A stretch of DNA of 63,794 nucleotides. It comes from a virus (taxonomy: Duplodnaviria > Caudoviricetes). The position numbers and the translations under genes were made by a program. Positions 28,374-37,460 of the stretch are shown in pieces. Every line of letters begins with the position of its first letter. Position 1 is the stretch's first letter. Where the stretch lies: the IMG/VR virus record IMGVR_UViG_3300037440_000749, positions 1 through 63,794 of that record; one strand, written 5' to 3'. The notes below the pieces were generated by a model. The model was not told the DNA's origin and made no database searches. It saw nothing but the letters and a program-made list of their open reading frames with translations.

Positions 28374-28526
28374 CACCATGGAAAGCACCCACCAGAGCAT
28401 GAGCTACGGCAAGAAGAAAAAGAAACCAGGCGCCGCCATGGCCATGGCCATGGCCAACCCCATGGCGCGGCGCAAGCGGTTGCCGGCCAGTGCGGCGGCC
28501 AGTGCGGCGAAGGGAGGCGTACGGTA

Positions 28527-28796
28527 ATGTTGAACGGCTATCCGGTCCCACAATCCGAGCCCCAAGAGCGCATGGTGTTTATCCCGTTTACGCTGCTTCC
28601 TGGCGGCCAACTGCGTATCGATCAACTCAGTTTCCGGGGCATGCCGCACCAGCACGGAAAGCCCTGGACCAGCTGGAAGCACACCCATGATCTGCTCCTG
28701 ATGGCGGCGCAGATGGCCCAAAACAAAATGCTCGAAGAGATGCAGCGCGAGTCGCGCATTGCTGTGGCGCAGCGCCTGCCAGGGGAGGCGCAGTGA
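28527..28796 (+). CDS. Hypothetical protein
   Basis: GGAGG RBS. Confidence 0.6.
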   Translation: MLNGYPVPQSEPQERMVFIPFTLLPGGQLRIDQLSFRGMPHQHGKPWTSWKHTHDLLLMAAQMAQNKMLEEMQRESRIAVAQRLPGEAQ

Positions 28797-29161
28797 TGCG
28801 ACTGTTTCCAGCGTTTACGCTGAAGTGGCCTCCTCTCATAACGATGATTACGCCCTCTCAGGAGGCAGTACAGTCCTATCTCGATACCTGTGCAAGACGG
28901 ATCGCCGAGCACATAGAGCAGCAAATGCTTGCGGCGCTGGAAAACGGCAGCACCCTGAACCGGCCCAGCGTCGTGGTGATAGATGAGTTCTCTCGGGAGG
29001 CAGTACAACGCTACCTCTATCACACAGACCAGGAAATGCTTGCGGCGACGGGAAACGGCAGACTACTTGAGACGATGACCGCAGAAGACATGGACGCCTG
29101 GATACGCCAGGAAGAGGAGTGGCTACGAACCCAGCAAGAGGAGTGGCCACGAACCCACTAA
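28793..29161 (+). CDS. Hypothetical protein with internal duplication
   Basis: S.EAVQ.YL...Q.MLAA..NG occurs twice. Confidence 0.6.
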   Translation: MMRLFPAFTLKWPPLITMITPSQEAVQSYLDTCARRIAEHIEQQMLAALENGSTLNRPSVVVIDEFSREAVQRYLYHTDQEMLAATGNGRLLETMTAEDMDAWIRQEEEWLRTQQEEWPRTH

Positions 29162-29235
29162 GACCGTAAGACCGACACAACCGCATACCCCGCGTTCCTG
29201 CCCGGATTAGCTCCCCGACGCAGAGCGCACTCTCG

Positions 29236-29280
29236 AAGCCAGAGAGACTGTAGCTACAGGCAGTCTTTCTGGCTTTTTTT
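29236..29280 (+). terminator. Intrinsic terminator
   Basis: AAGCCAGAGAGACTG...CAGTCTTTCTGGCTT followed by a T-run. Confidence 0.75.
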
Positions 29281-29317
29281 GTGACCGAACGCGGGGGCAC
29301 ACTCGAAAGGATATGGT

Positions 29318-30238
29318 ATGGCTGAAGCAACAGTAGAGACTCCCCCGGTGGCTGACGCGGCCCCACCCGAAGATCCCGGCGCCCAGGTGGCCACGGCCGG
29401 GAACTATGACCCGATGGACTGGCGCAGTCTGCCAGACCTGAGCGAGTTGCGGGCCGACCCCAAAGTCGCCAATGTGATCGACGTCTATCCCGACATGAAG
29501 CACTTCGTCCGGGACGCCGTCGAATGGCGCCAGGAAGTCGGCCGCCGCGTGCGCTTGCCGAGCGGCGAGAACGTCACCCCCGAAGACATGCAGCGTTTCT
29601 GGCAACAGGTCCCGGGCTATCCCAAGTCACCGCAAGGCTACGGCGACGCGGTCCAACTGCCCAGTCTCGGCCAGGATGCCGAGGGGCAAGATCTCGCCTG
29701 GGACCCCAACCAGCTCACCACATTCTGGGACACCGCGCACAGCATCGGCCTCACGGCCCCCCAGGCGCAGGCGGTCCTGGAGCAGTATGCCCGCAATCTG
29801 AGCGAGTCCCGCAACATCCTGGACGCGCAACAAGCGCAGACCGTCGAAGAGACGCAGCGCGAGCTGCAAAAGCGCTTTGGCGCCAGTCTCAACCGCCGGG
29901 TGGCCGCCGCCAGAAACTATTTCATGCGGACCCTGGGCAATACCGAACTGGGCGACCGTATCTGGCACAATGCCATGGAGCAAGGCTGGGGCAACGATCC
30001 CGACGTCATTGAGTTTTTCTCCATGCAGTACGATCGTTTTGGCGAGCCCGCAGACTTGCTCAGCGATAATCTCTTCCCCGTCACCCCCACCATGAGTGAG
30101 ATGACGGAAGAGAAGCAGAAAGTGTTAAGCGTGGTCAATGATCCCAAGAAGACCCCAGCCGAGCGCGAGCTGGCCTGGACGCGCCTCAATCGGCTCAATG
30201 ACCAGCTAGGACGCATGAGCGGCGCCACGCGCCGCTAA
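29318..30238 (+). CDS. Capsid scaffolding protein
   Basis: DWRSLP, AHSIGLT..QAQ, GNDPDVI; lies between portal and capsid genes. Confidence 0.85.
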   Translation: MAEATVETPPVADAAPPEDPGAQVATAGNYDPMDWRSLPDLSELRADPKVANVIDVYPDMKHFVRDAVEWRQEVGRRVRLPSGENVTPEDMQRFWQQVPGYPKSPQGYGDAVQLPSLGQDAEGQDLAWDPNQLTTFWDTAHSIGLTAPQAQAVLEQYARNLSESRNILDAQQAQTVEETQRELQKRFGASLNRRVAAARNYFMRTLGNTELGDRIWHNAMEQGWGNDPDVIEFFSMQYDRFGEPADLLSDNLFPVTPTMSEMTEEKQKVLSVVNDPKKTPAERELAWTRLNRLNDQLGRMSGATRR

Positions 30239-30398
30239 CCGCCCCAGGGCACTGGAGGCAAGACCAGCCCGCAACGCATGGTCCCTCCTGACCGGGTGGA
30301 ACAGGCACCTCGTAGACGCCACGACACGGCGAAGTCAGACCGGACGCCCGCAAGTCTGACGCCACCGACAGGGACTTTCCCATCACGAGGGGAAAGGT

Positions 30399-31319
30399 AT
30401 GGCCGAAAGTATCTCTCAGTCTTTTGTGGTCTCGTTTAACGACATGGTGCAACACCTGGCGCAACAGAGGAACTCCCGCTTCGCCATGCACTGCTTGATG
30501 CATGAAGGCGTACATGGCGACCGCGATCCGTTTGAACAACTGCACTCAACACAGTCCAAGGAGATTACCGGCGACCGCTTTAGTCCGCGAGCACTCGGAG
30601 ATGCGAGTCATGTCCGGCGCAGCGTCTGGAAGCGCGACTATGAATGGTCAGAAGGGATCAAGACGCAAGATGAACTGGCGCTGAATATCAACCTGCGCAT
30701 GGAGTATGCCAAAAGCGCCGCGATGGACTACGCCCGCAGAAAGGACACCATCCTCCTTGATGCGTTGTTGGGCACGTCCTACACCGGCAAAAACGGCGAC
30801 GTCACCGAGGCCTTTGATACCACCGCCTATAGTTCTGGCGGGCATGTCATTGACGCCACGGGTGGGATGACCGAGGCGATTATGCGGACGATACGGGAAG
30901 CCTTCGACGTCTCCGAAGAGATGTTGGAGGACATGGAGGATGGCGACCGCGATGCCTTCTGCCTGGCCCTGGCGCCCAAAGCGCACAGCGAACTACTGTC
31001 CGAAACGCAAACCACCAGTCGGGATTTTTACATGGATCCCATTTTTGGGCAAATGCCGCTGGTCAATGGGCGCATTCCGTTCTTCATGGGCTTCCGCATT
31101 CGGATCAGCAACCGCCTGACCTTGGCGTCCACCACGAGGCACAACATCGCGTGGCACCGAGACGCGGTCGGCTGTTCGGTGTGGCAGAATCCCATGGTGT
31201 CGATTGATAAACGTCCAGACCTCACCGGCAATCCGTGGCAGGTGGCCTTTAACTACTCGATGGGGGCGGTACGACTCAAACAAAGTGGCGTGTATCGCGT
31301 CGATACGTCTGAAGCGTAA
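30399..31319 (+). CDS. Major capsid protein
   Basis: QQRNSR, R.D.ILL, TSRDF...L.NG.I..FMGF, MGAVR motifs of podoviral capsid proteins. Confidence 0.9.
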   Translation: MAESISQSFVVSFNDMVQHLAQQRNSRFAMHCLMHEGVHGDRDPFEQLHSTQSKEITGDRFSPRALGDASHVRRSVWKRDYEWSEGIKTQDELALNINLRMEYAKSAAMDYARRKDTILLDALLGTSYTGKNGDVTEAFDTTAYSSGGHVIDATGGMTEAIMRTIREAFDVSEEMLEDMEDGDRDAFCLALAPKAHSELLSETQTTSRDFYMDPIFGQMPLVNGRIPFFMGFRIRISNRLTLASTTRHNIAWHRDAVGCSVWQNPMVSIDKRPDLTGNPWQVAFNYSMGAVRLKQSGVYRVDTSEA

Positions 31320-31433
31320 TTCTGCGTCACGCCAGTCCTGGAGATGGCGGGCGCAGGCGCCACCCTGCGGACGACATGAACAGGCGGCGTGATGTCTGGC
31401 ACCATCCATACCACCCGGAGAAAGGGGTAGGCT

Positions 31434-31955
31434 ATGGCGACTGTAGGACCTTATTATTCAACCGAGTACGATCTTCTTTATCGGACCTTGCCGGCAGATG
31501 TCGGCGTGCATCGCAACAAGCGCAGTCACAAGCGTATTGAGCGCTTCAGTTATGCCCAGGCTGCCACGGGCACCGATGGCGATCTGGTCTATGCCGTCAA
31601 AGTCCCAGGCGTGTCCCGCATCCTCCTGCCGGAGCTGTTCATTTATATGAGCGACTGGACCACCTCCACCACGCTGGACGTTGGCTGGGACGCCTATACC
31701 GAAGTGGACGGCGACGCCGTCGCCGCAGACCCAGACGGCCTGATCGATGGCCTGGATATCAGCAATGGCGGGGTGGCCGTGTTCTTTGGCATGGTGCTCA
31801 CCGTGACCACCACGAACACCCTGACGATTGTCCCAGCAGCAACGATTGACAAGGAGTTCAATAGTCGGCATCCCGTGGATATCACGTTTACGATTGCGGG
31901 TGCGGCGCCCTTGGCGGCGGCCGTGCTCCATGGCTACGTGACGCTCGTTGTGTAA
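31434..31955 (+). CDS. Capsid decoration/cement protein (Bbp16-like)
   Basis: TLDVG...DPDGLIDG pattern directly after the capsid gene. Confidence 0.65.
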   Translation: MATVGPYYSTEYDLLYRTLPADVGVHRNKRSHKRIERFSYAQAATGTDGDLVYAVKVPGVSRILLPELFIYMSDWTTSTTLDVGWDAYTEVDGDAVAADPDGLIDGLDISNGGVAVFFGMVLTVTTTNTLTIVPAATIDKEFNSRHPVDITFTIAGAAPLAAAVLHGYVTLVV

Positions 31956-31983
31956 TGGCAACCCCGTCTAAGGAGTCCCCGCT

Positions 31984-32583
31984 ATGCCCGGCACCTCGTT
32001 GCGTCCCCCAAGCTTCGACAGCACCGAGACGCAGCGCTGGGCGAATGACGTGACCCTGGCGCTGCAGCAGTTGTTGCAGCGCTATCGACAACCGGCCTTT
32101 GGGCGTCCCGTGACGTTTAAAGGCCAGCGGGCGACCGCGTTAGCACCCGCCGTGCAGCCGACCGACGCCACCCGGCTGGATCAAGTGGAGGCGCTCATTG
32201 CGGGCATTGACCTCGAAGCCCTGACCAATTACAGCCAGGGCAGCTTTACCATGACGGCCACCGACATGACCACCTCGGTCACCGGAACGGCCGTGTATAC
32301 CAAAGTCGGGCGTGTGGTCACCCTGGCGATTCCGAGCTTGACCGGCACCAGCAACGGCACCACGTTCGCCTTGAGCGGGCTCCCGGCCGACATTACGCCG
32401 TCGCAGACCAGTTTTTTTCGTGTTCCGGCGCAAGATAACACGGTGTGGCTGGAGACGGCCTGGCTGGAGACGGACGAGGGGTCAACCACCCTCAACCTGT
32501 ATACGAATGTGTTGGCCTCCGGGTGGACGGCCAGCGGCACCAAGAGCCTGTGGTTCTGCCAGATCACATATCAAGCGTTGTAA
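31984..32583 (+). CDS. Short fibre-like virion protein
   Basis: DAT..QV neck-like motif; YTKVGRVVTL...GLP C-terminal fibre domain. Confidence 0.6.
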   Translation: MPGTSLRPPSFDSTETQRWANDVTLALQQLLQRYRQPAFGRPVTFKGQRATALAPAVQPTDATRLDQVEALIAGIDLEALTNYSQGSFTMTATDMTTSVTGTAVYTKVGRVVTLAIPSLTGTSNGTTFALSGLPADITPSQTSFFRVPAQDNTVWLETAWLETDEGSTTLNLYTNVLASGWTASGTKSLWFCQITYQAL

Positions 32584-32592
32584 GGGCATCCT

Positions 32593-33192
32593 ATGACGAG
32601 TCCTACTGATATCTGCAACGTGGCGTTAGGTCTGCTAGGCGACCAACGCATTGCCGACATTAACGCCCCAGGCAGCGGCTTAGCGGAGCTGCTGCAACGC
32701 TTCTACGTCCCGGCGCGGCGGGCGCTTCTGGCCATGAACCGCTGGCAATTCGCCTCGGGCTGGATGCGGCTGAGCTTGCTCACCGAAGCGCCTGCTGCAG
32801 AGTGGCTAGCGCAGTACGCCATTGCCCAGAGCCATGCAACCGCCCCGCAGCCCGTCGCCATCTGGGACCTCAGTGACCATGATGTGCAGTGGGCGCGTGG
32901 CTATGATCCGATCACCCGGCAGCAAGTCGTCTATACCGATACCGAGCACGCCAGCCTGGCGGCCTATGCCACCTTCGACCTGCCCGATACCAGCCAGTGG
33001 AACCCCCTGGCGGTCCAAGTGCTGGCGCACAAACTGGCTGCGGATATTGTCCTGTCGCGCACCGGGCAAACGGCGAAATGGCAGGCGATGACGCAGGCCA
33101 TGCAGTTCTGGATAGGCCAGGCGACCGCCAAGGACGGCATGGGACGCGCGCAGGCCGTGCAGCTCAACCGGGGCTTGACCCGCATTCGTTAA
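32593..33192 (+). CDS. Tail adaptor (tubular protein A-like)
   Basis: DICNVALGLLG...WQFA...LA.KLA. Confidence 0.85.
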   Translation: MTSPTDICNVALGLLGDQRIADINAPGSGLAELLQRFYVPARRALLAMNRWQFASGWMRLSLLTEAPAAEWLAQYAIAQSHATAPQPVAIWDLSDHDVQWARGYDPITRQQVVYTDTEHASLAAYATFDLPDTSQWNPLAVQVLAHKLAADIVLSRTGQTAKWQAMTQAMQFWIGQATAKDGMGRAQAVQLNRGLTRIR

Positions 33193-33202
33193 GGAGACGA
33201 CC

Positions 33203-33439
33203 ATGGACCTTCGCTGGACTCTCGTGGCCTTTGGGGGCACGCCGCCCTTACCGGCGAAAGCCCCCAACCCGCCGCCCCCGCCGCCCCCACTGCCGCCCGC
33301 CGCACCGCCGAGCGAGACGGAAGGCGGGGACATTGTCCGCCGGGAGCAGGGGCGCACCCGACGCCGCTTTGGTGTGCGGCAGACGATCCTTACCGGCAGC
33401 GGCATTGGTTTAACCGGCGACCGGCCACTCGGAGCGTAA
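33203..33439 (+). CDS. Small Pro-rich virion protein
   Basis: Poly-Pro followed by RRR.G...TILTG, typical of podoviral tail-assembly peptides. Confidence 0.7.
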   Translation: MDLRWTLVAFGGTPPLPAKAPNPPPPPPPLPPAAPPSETEGGDIVRREQGRTRRRFGVRQTILTGSGIGLTGDRPLGA

Positions 33440-36277
33440 ATGGCCAAAGCGCATCTACTCCGCAACAATTTTACCAGCGGGGAACTGAGTCCGATCATGC
33501 TCGGACGCAGCGACCACCCGCGCTACGCCAACGGCCTGGCGATCCAGGAAAACTGGCAGACGCTCTCCCAGGGTGGCCTGCGTCGCCGTCCGGGGACGCG
33601 CTACGTTGGCGCGTCGAAGTATCCCAACCGCCTGGCCATTCTGCTCACGTTTGAGGCCAGCCTGACCGACGTGTACGTGCTCGAAGTGGGGCATGAGTAC
33701 CTCTGGATCTACAAGGATGGCGCGCGGCTGAGCGCCATCGAACTCACCACGCCGTATCAGGAAAGCGAACTACGGCAGCTGCGGACCGCGCAAGCCAACG
33801 ATATCCTGTTTTTGACCCATCCGTCCTACGCCGTGCGACGCCTGGCGCGCCTCTCAGACACGTCCTGGACTTTGACCACCGTGCGCTTTGACCCCCCGGC
33901 AACCTACGAGGCCGGCCATGCCGGGGTCGGCGATCTCACCCCGAGCGCCACGACGGGCCCCATTACCCTGACCTCCACCAGCAGCAGCGCCTTTTTGGAG
34001 GCTGACGTGACGCGGCAGATTCAGACCGGCACCGCCCGCCTGCTGCTGACCGCCTTGACGTCGGGCAGCGTGGTCACGGCCCGCGTCCTCGACCCGCTGT
34101 CCAGCACCGACCCGATTCCGGCGAGCGACTGGCGGCTGCTCGGGAGCCCCGGCGTCGAGTGCAAGCCCAGCGCCGCCGGCCCCATCGGCAAGGTGATTGA
34201 CCTGGACCTGCAAGCCGTCCAGGACACCGAAGCCGAGCTGGTCACCAACGGCACCTTTGCGACAGACACCGACTGGACGGATTACAGCGCCCCCACCGTC
34301 GCCACCGGCACCACAGATACGGTGGGCACGGATACCGCCCTGACCGATACCGGCGCGACCTTTCTCAGTGCCGGGGTGGAAATTGGACACATCGCCTATA
34401 ACACCACCGACAGTGCGCAGGACCGCATTGAAGGCGTCCCCGACGACACCACGCTGGTGACGGCAGAAGGCGGCGCCGGGTGGGATACCGGCAAAGCCTA
34501 TACCATTCGCCAGACGGGAATCAGCAGCATCAGTAATAATGCGCTCAGCCTGCACGGACAGGAAAACGGCCTGGCCTGGCGCGAGCAAATCCTTGCGACG
34601 GTGACTGGACGGCGCTACCGTTGGCAATTTGACGTCGTGGAACAATCCGTCAGCGCGCAAGTGGGCAGCGCCTCCACCCTGTCCGACGTGGTGAGCGAGC
34701 AAAGCTATGTTGTCGGCAATGAACATGTGGTGGTGTTTACCGCTACCAGCACCACAACGGCGCTGCAATTCCGCAATAACCAGGACTATGCTGGCAAAGT
34801 CGCCAATGTTTCCTGCAAACTGTATTCGGCGGAGGGATGGCGCAGTGTCGACGACAACCAATGGGTGTACATCAATGGCGGGTTGTGCCGCATTCTGAGC
34901 ATCACCGACGCCACCAAGGCCCGGGCCATGATCCTGGCCCCGCTCACCTCAGACGACGCCGCTGCGGCGGGCGCCTGGAGCCTGGAAAGCCAGGCGTGGA
35001 GCAGTACGCTGGGCTGGCCGCGCGCCATCCTCTTTCAGGGAGGGCGCATGATCCTGGCCGGGAGCGCCACCTTCTCGCAAACCGTGTGGATGAGCGAGAG
35101 CGACGGCCTGATCAACTTTTTCCATGGCGTCAATCCCGATGATGCCGTGGTCTTGCATCTTACGCAGAGCGGCGGCAATATCACGCTCAACCAGATTCTC
35201 TGGGCACTCCCCAGTGACCGCCTGGTCGTTGGCACCTCGCATGCGGAATACAGCCTGGTCGGTGCCAATGAAGACGCGATCACCCCGACAAACCAACCCA
35301 CCGTGCGGCAGGGCAACACGCTGGGCAGCACGGACGCCGTTGCGCCGCTCCTGCTGTCGCGGTCGATCCTCATGGTGCAGCGGCAAGGCTCGAAAGTCTG
35401 GGAGTTGCAGTTCAATCCGCAAACCGAGAAGTTTGACGCCCGCGACGTGACCATTCTCAGCTCGCATCTCCTCGCCAGCAGCAGGCACCTGGTGCAATGG
35501 GCCTACCAGCAAGAGCCGATCAACACGGTCTGGAGCGTCCGCAGTGACGGGCAACTCCTGTCGTTGACCTATGATCTGGTGGAAAACGTCATTGCCTGGG
35601 CCCGGCATACCCTGGGCGGGAATGGCGCCGTAGAAAGCGTCTGCACCCTTCCGGACCAGAACGCCAATCAGCATCAGGTCTGGCTCCTGGTGCGTCGCAC
35701 CATTGACGGGCAGACCGTGCGCCATCTGGAATATTTCGAGACGCAGCACCCGACCGAGCCGCTGACCGGGCAAGTCGGCTGCCACCTGGACAGCGCGGTG
35801 ATCTCCGACGTCCCCACCCCCAGCACCACGGTGAGCGGCCTGGAGCATCTGGAAGGCGAGACCATCCAGGTCGTCGGGGACGGCGCGCTCTTTGCCGACC
35901 TGGTGGTCAGTGGCGGCCAGGTGACACTGGACTTTGCCACCAGCACCCGCATTGCCGGATTGCCGTACATCGCCACCGCCCGCCCGTTGCCGCCGGACAT
36001 TCCACAACTCGGGACCATCCGGGCCCGGCAGAAGCGCTGGAACCAGCTCACCGCGATCCTGGATACCACTATCGGGCTCCAGATTGCCGGCGCCCGCATG
36101 CCGCTCTTGCGCCACGAGGCGCCAGCGGGCCAGGGGCTGGCGCCCTTTACCGGGGCAAAGGCGTTCCATCCCCTGGGCTGGGACGAAGAAGGGCAATATG
36201 ACATCGTAGCCGACCTGCCGTACCCGGCCACGGTGCTGGCGGTGGTTGGGGAACTCGATGTGGATACGGAAGGATAA
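33440..36277 (+). CDS. Tail nozzle (tubular protein B-like) with inserted domain
   Basis: NFTSGELSP, GGLRRRPGT, AWARH, GLEHLEG, GLPY motifs. Confidence 0.92.
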   Translation: MAKAHLLRNNFTSGELSPIMLGRSDHPRYANGLAIQENWQTLSQGGLRRRPGTRYVGASKYPNRLAILLTFEASLTDVYVLEVGHEYLWIYKDGARLSAIELTTPYQESELRQLRTAQANDILFLTHPSYAVRRLARLSDTSWTLTTVRFDPPATYEAGHAGVGDLTPSATTGPITLTSTSSSAFLEADVTRQIQTGTARLLLTALTSGSVVTARVLDPLSSTDPIPASDWRLLGSPGVECKPSAAGPIGKVIDLDLQAVQDTEAELVTNGTFATDTDWTDYSAPTVATGTTDTVGTDTALTDTGATFLSAGVEIGHIAYNTTDSAQDRIEGVPDDTTLVTAEGGAGWDTGKAYTIRQTGISSISNNALSLHGQENGLAWREQILATVTGRRYRWQFDVVEQSVSAQVGSASTLSDVVSEQSYVVGNEHVVVFTATSTTTALQFRNNQDYAGKVANVSCKLYSAEGWRSVDDNQWVYINGGLCRILSITDATKARAMILAPLTSDDAAAAGAWSLESQAWSSTLGWPRAILFQGGRMILAGSATFSQTVWMSESDGLINFFHGVNPDDAVVLHLTQSGGNITLNQILWALPSDRLVVGTSHAEYSLVGANEDAITPTNQPTVRQGNTLGSTDAVAPLLLSRSILMVQRQGSKVWELQFNPQTEKFDARDVTILSSHLLASSRHLVQWAYQQEPINTVWSVRSDGQLLSLTYDLVENVIAWARHTLGGNGAVESVCTLPDQNANQHQVWLLVRRTIDGQTVRHLEYFETQHPTEPLTGQVGCHLDSAVISDVPTPSTTVSGLEHLEGETIQVVGDGALFADLVVSGGQVTLDFATSTRIAGLPYIATARPLPPDIPQLGTIRARQKRWNQLTAILDTTIGLQIAGARMPLLRHEAPAGQGLAPFTGAKAFHPLGWDEEGQYDIVADLPYPATVLAVVGELDVDTEG

Positions 36278-36281
36278 CGCC

Positions 36282-36743
36282 ATGCCCCACTATACTTGTC
36301 GGCCCTTTCATCCTGACGACCTGGTGTTGCTTCCCATGCGGGGCCGCGATCGGGCGCTCTGGCAGGGGTATGACCTCGTCACTTTAGGGACCGCGCGGAT
36401 ACAGCATCCGGGGCGGACCATTCTGGCGGATGACATGCCGCTCGTGTGCTACGGCGTGATCTTTATTTATGCCCATTATGCCTATCTTTGGAGCTTCTTT
36501 GGCGCGCAGGCCCCCCGCCATCGTTTTACGCTCGTCAAGACGCTCTATCAGGAATGGCGCGCCCTGCTCAGCCAGTATTCGACCATTCAGCGCGTCGAAA
36601 CCTACACGGTCTTGGGCGACCAGGCCGCTGAACGCCTGATGCTGCACCTGGGCTTTACGCGCGGCGTGCTGAAGCCCTGGCACAACCCCCAGGGGGGCAG
36701 TAATTACGAATGGACCTGGATACGAGGAGAGAAACATGGGTGA
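36282..36743 (+). CDS. GNAT-like protein (T7 gp13 position)
   Basis: A.RL..HLGF motif; lies after the nozzle gene. Confidence 0.65.
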   Translation: MPHYTCRPFHPDDLVLLPMRGRDRALWQGYDLVTLGTARIQHPGRTILADDMPLVCYGVIFIYAHYAYLWSFFGAQAPRHRFTLVKTLYQEWRALLSQYSTIQRVETYTVLGDQAAERLMLHLGFTRGVLKPWHNPQGGSNYEWTWIRGEKHG

Positions 36744-37365
36744 TGGAGGGTTAGGCCTGGCCGTCGCGATTGCGGGGGTGGCCATCGCCGCTGCTGGGAC
36801 CACCGTGAGTGTCGTGCAGCAGCAGCAAGTCGCCAAAGCCAATCAACGGTTACTCAACCGTCAGGCCGAAAACGAAGCCACCGCCGCTGGGATCGACGCC
36901 CAGCAACGCGACCAGGCGTCGGCCCTGGCTGAGCAGGAAGCCGCCCGGGAAGCCGATGCCCAGAAATTCCGGGAACGTCGCGAACGGGAACGGCAACGCT
37001 TTCTGACCGGGCATATTCGCGCCACGACGGCCGCCAGCGGTCTGCTTCTGGAAGGCTCCCCTCTGTTTGTTTTACACGAGCAACTGCGTCAGACCGAGCT
37101 TGGCTTACTGGCGGGCCGAGCCGAATCCGAAGCGCGCCAGGTGGCCTTACGCCGGGAAGGCCAGCAGCAGGCGTATGCCGCCGACGTGACGCGCTTCGCT
37201 GGGGCCAACCGCTTGCGCTTAGGCCGCTTTGCCGCCGGCCTGACCGCCTATGAAGGCACCCAGGGCGCCATTGCCACCGGGCTTGAGGGCACCGGCTCAC
37301 TGCTCGCCGGGTCGGCCAAGGCGTACCGCGACTACCAGTATGGGCAGTATCTTCAGCGGCAATGA
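36736..37365 (+). CDS. Internal virion/ejection protein (gp14-like)
   Basis: Hydrophobic Gly/Ala N-terminus, AASG...GSP motif. Confidence 0.8.
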   Translation: MGDGGLGLAVAIAGVAIAAAGTTVSVVQQQQVAKANQRLLNRQAENEATAAGIDAQQRDQASALAEQEAAREADAQKFRERRERERQRFLTGHIRATTAASGLLLEGSPLFVLHEQLRQTELGLLAGRAESEARQVALRREGQQQAYAADVTRFAGANRLRLGRFAAGLTAYEGTQGAIATGLEGTGSLLAGSAKAYRDYQYGQYLQRQ

Positions 37366-37460
37366 CTGGCTGGTGAGTAAAATGGGGAAGAGAAAGGCAA
37401 AAACCGTTCTTGATGCGATAGAGCACTATTGTAAACAGTGTCGCCAGAAAGGGGAATGCT

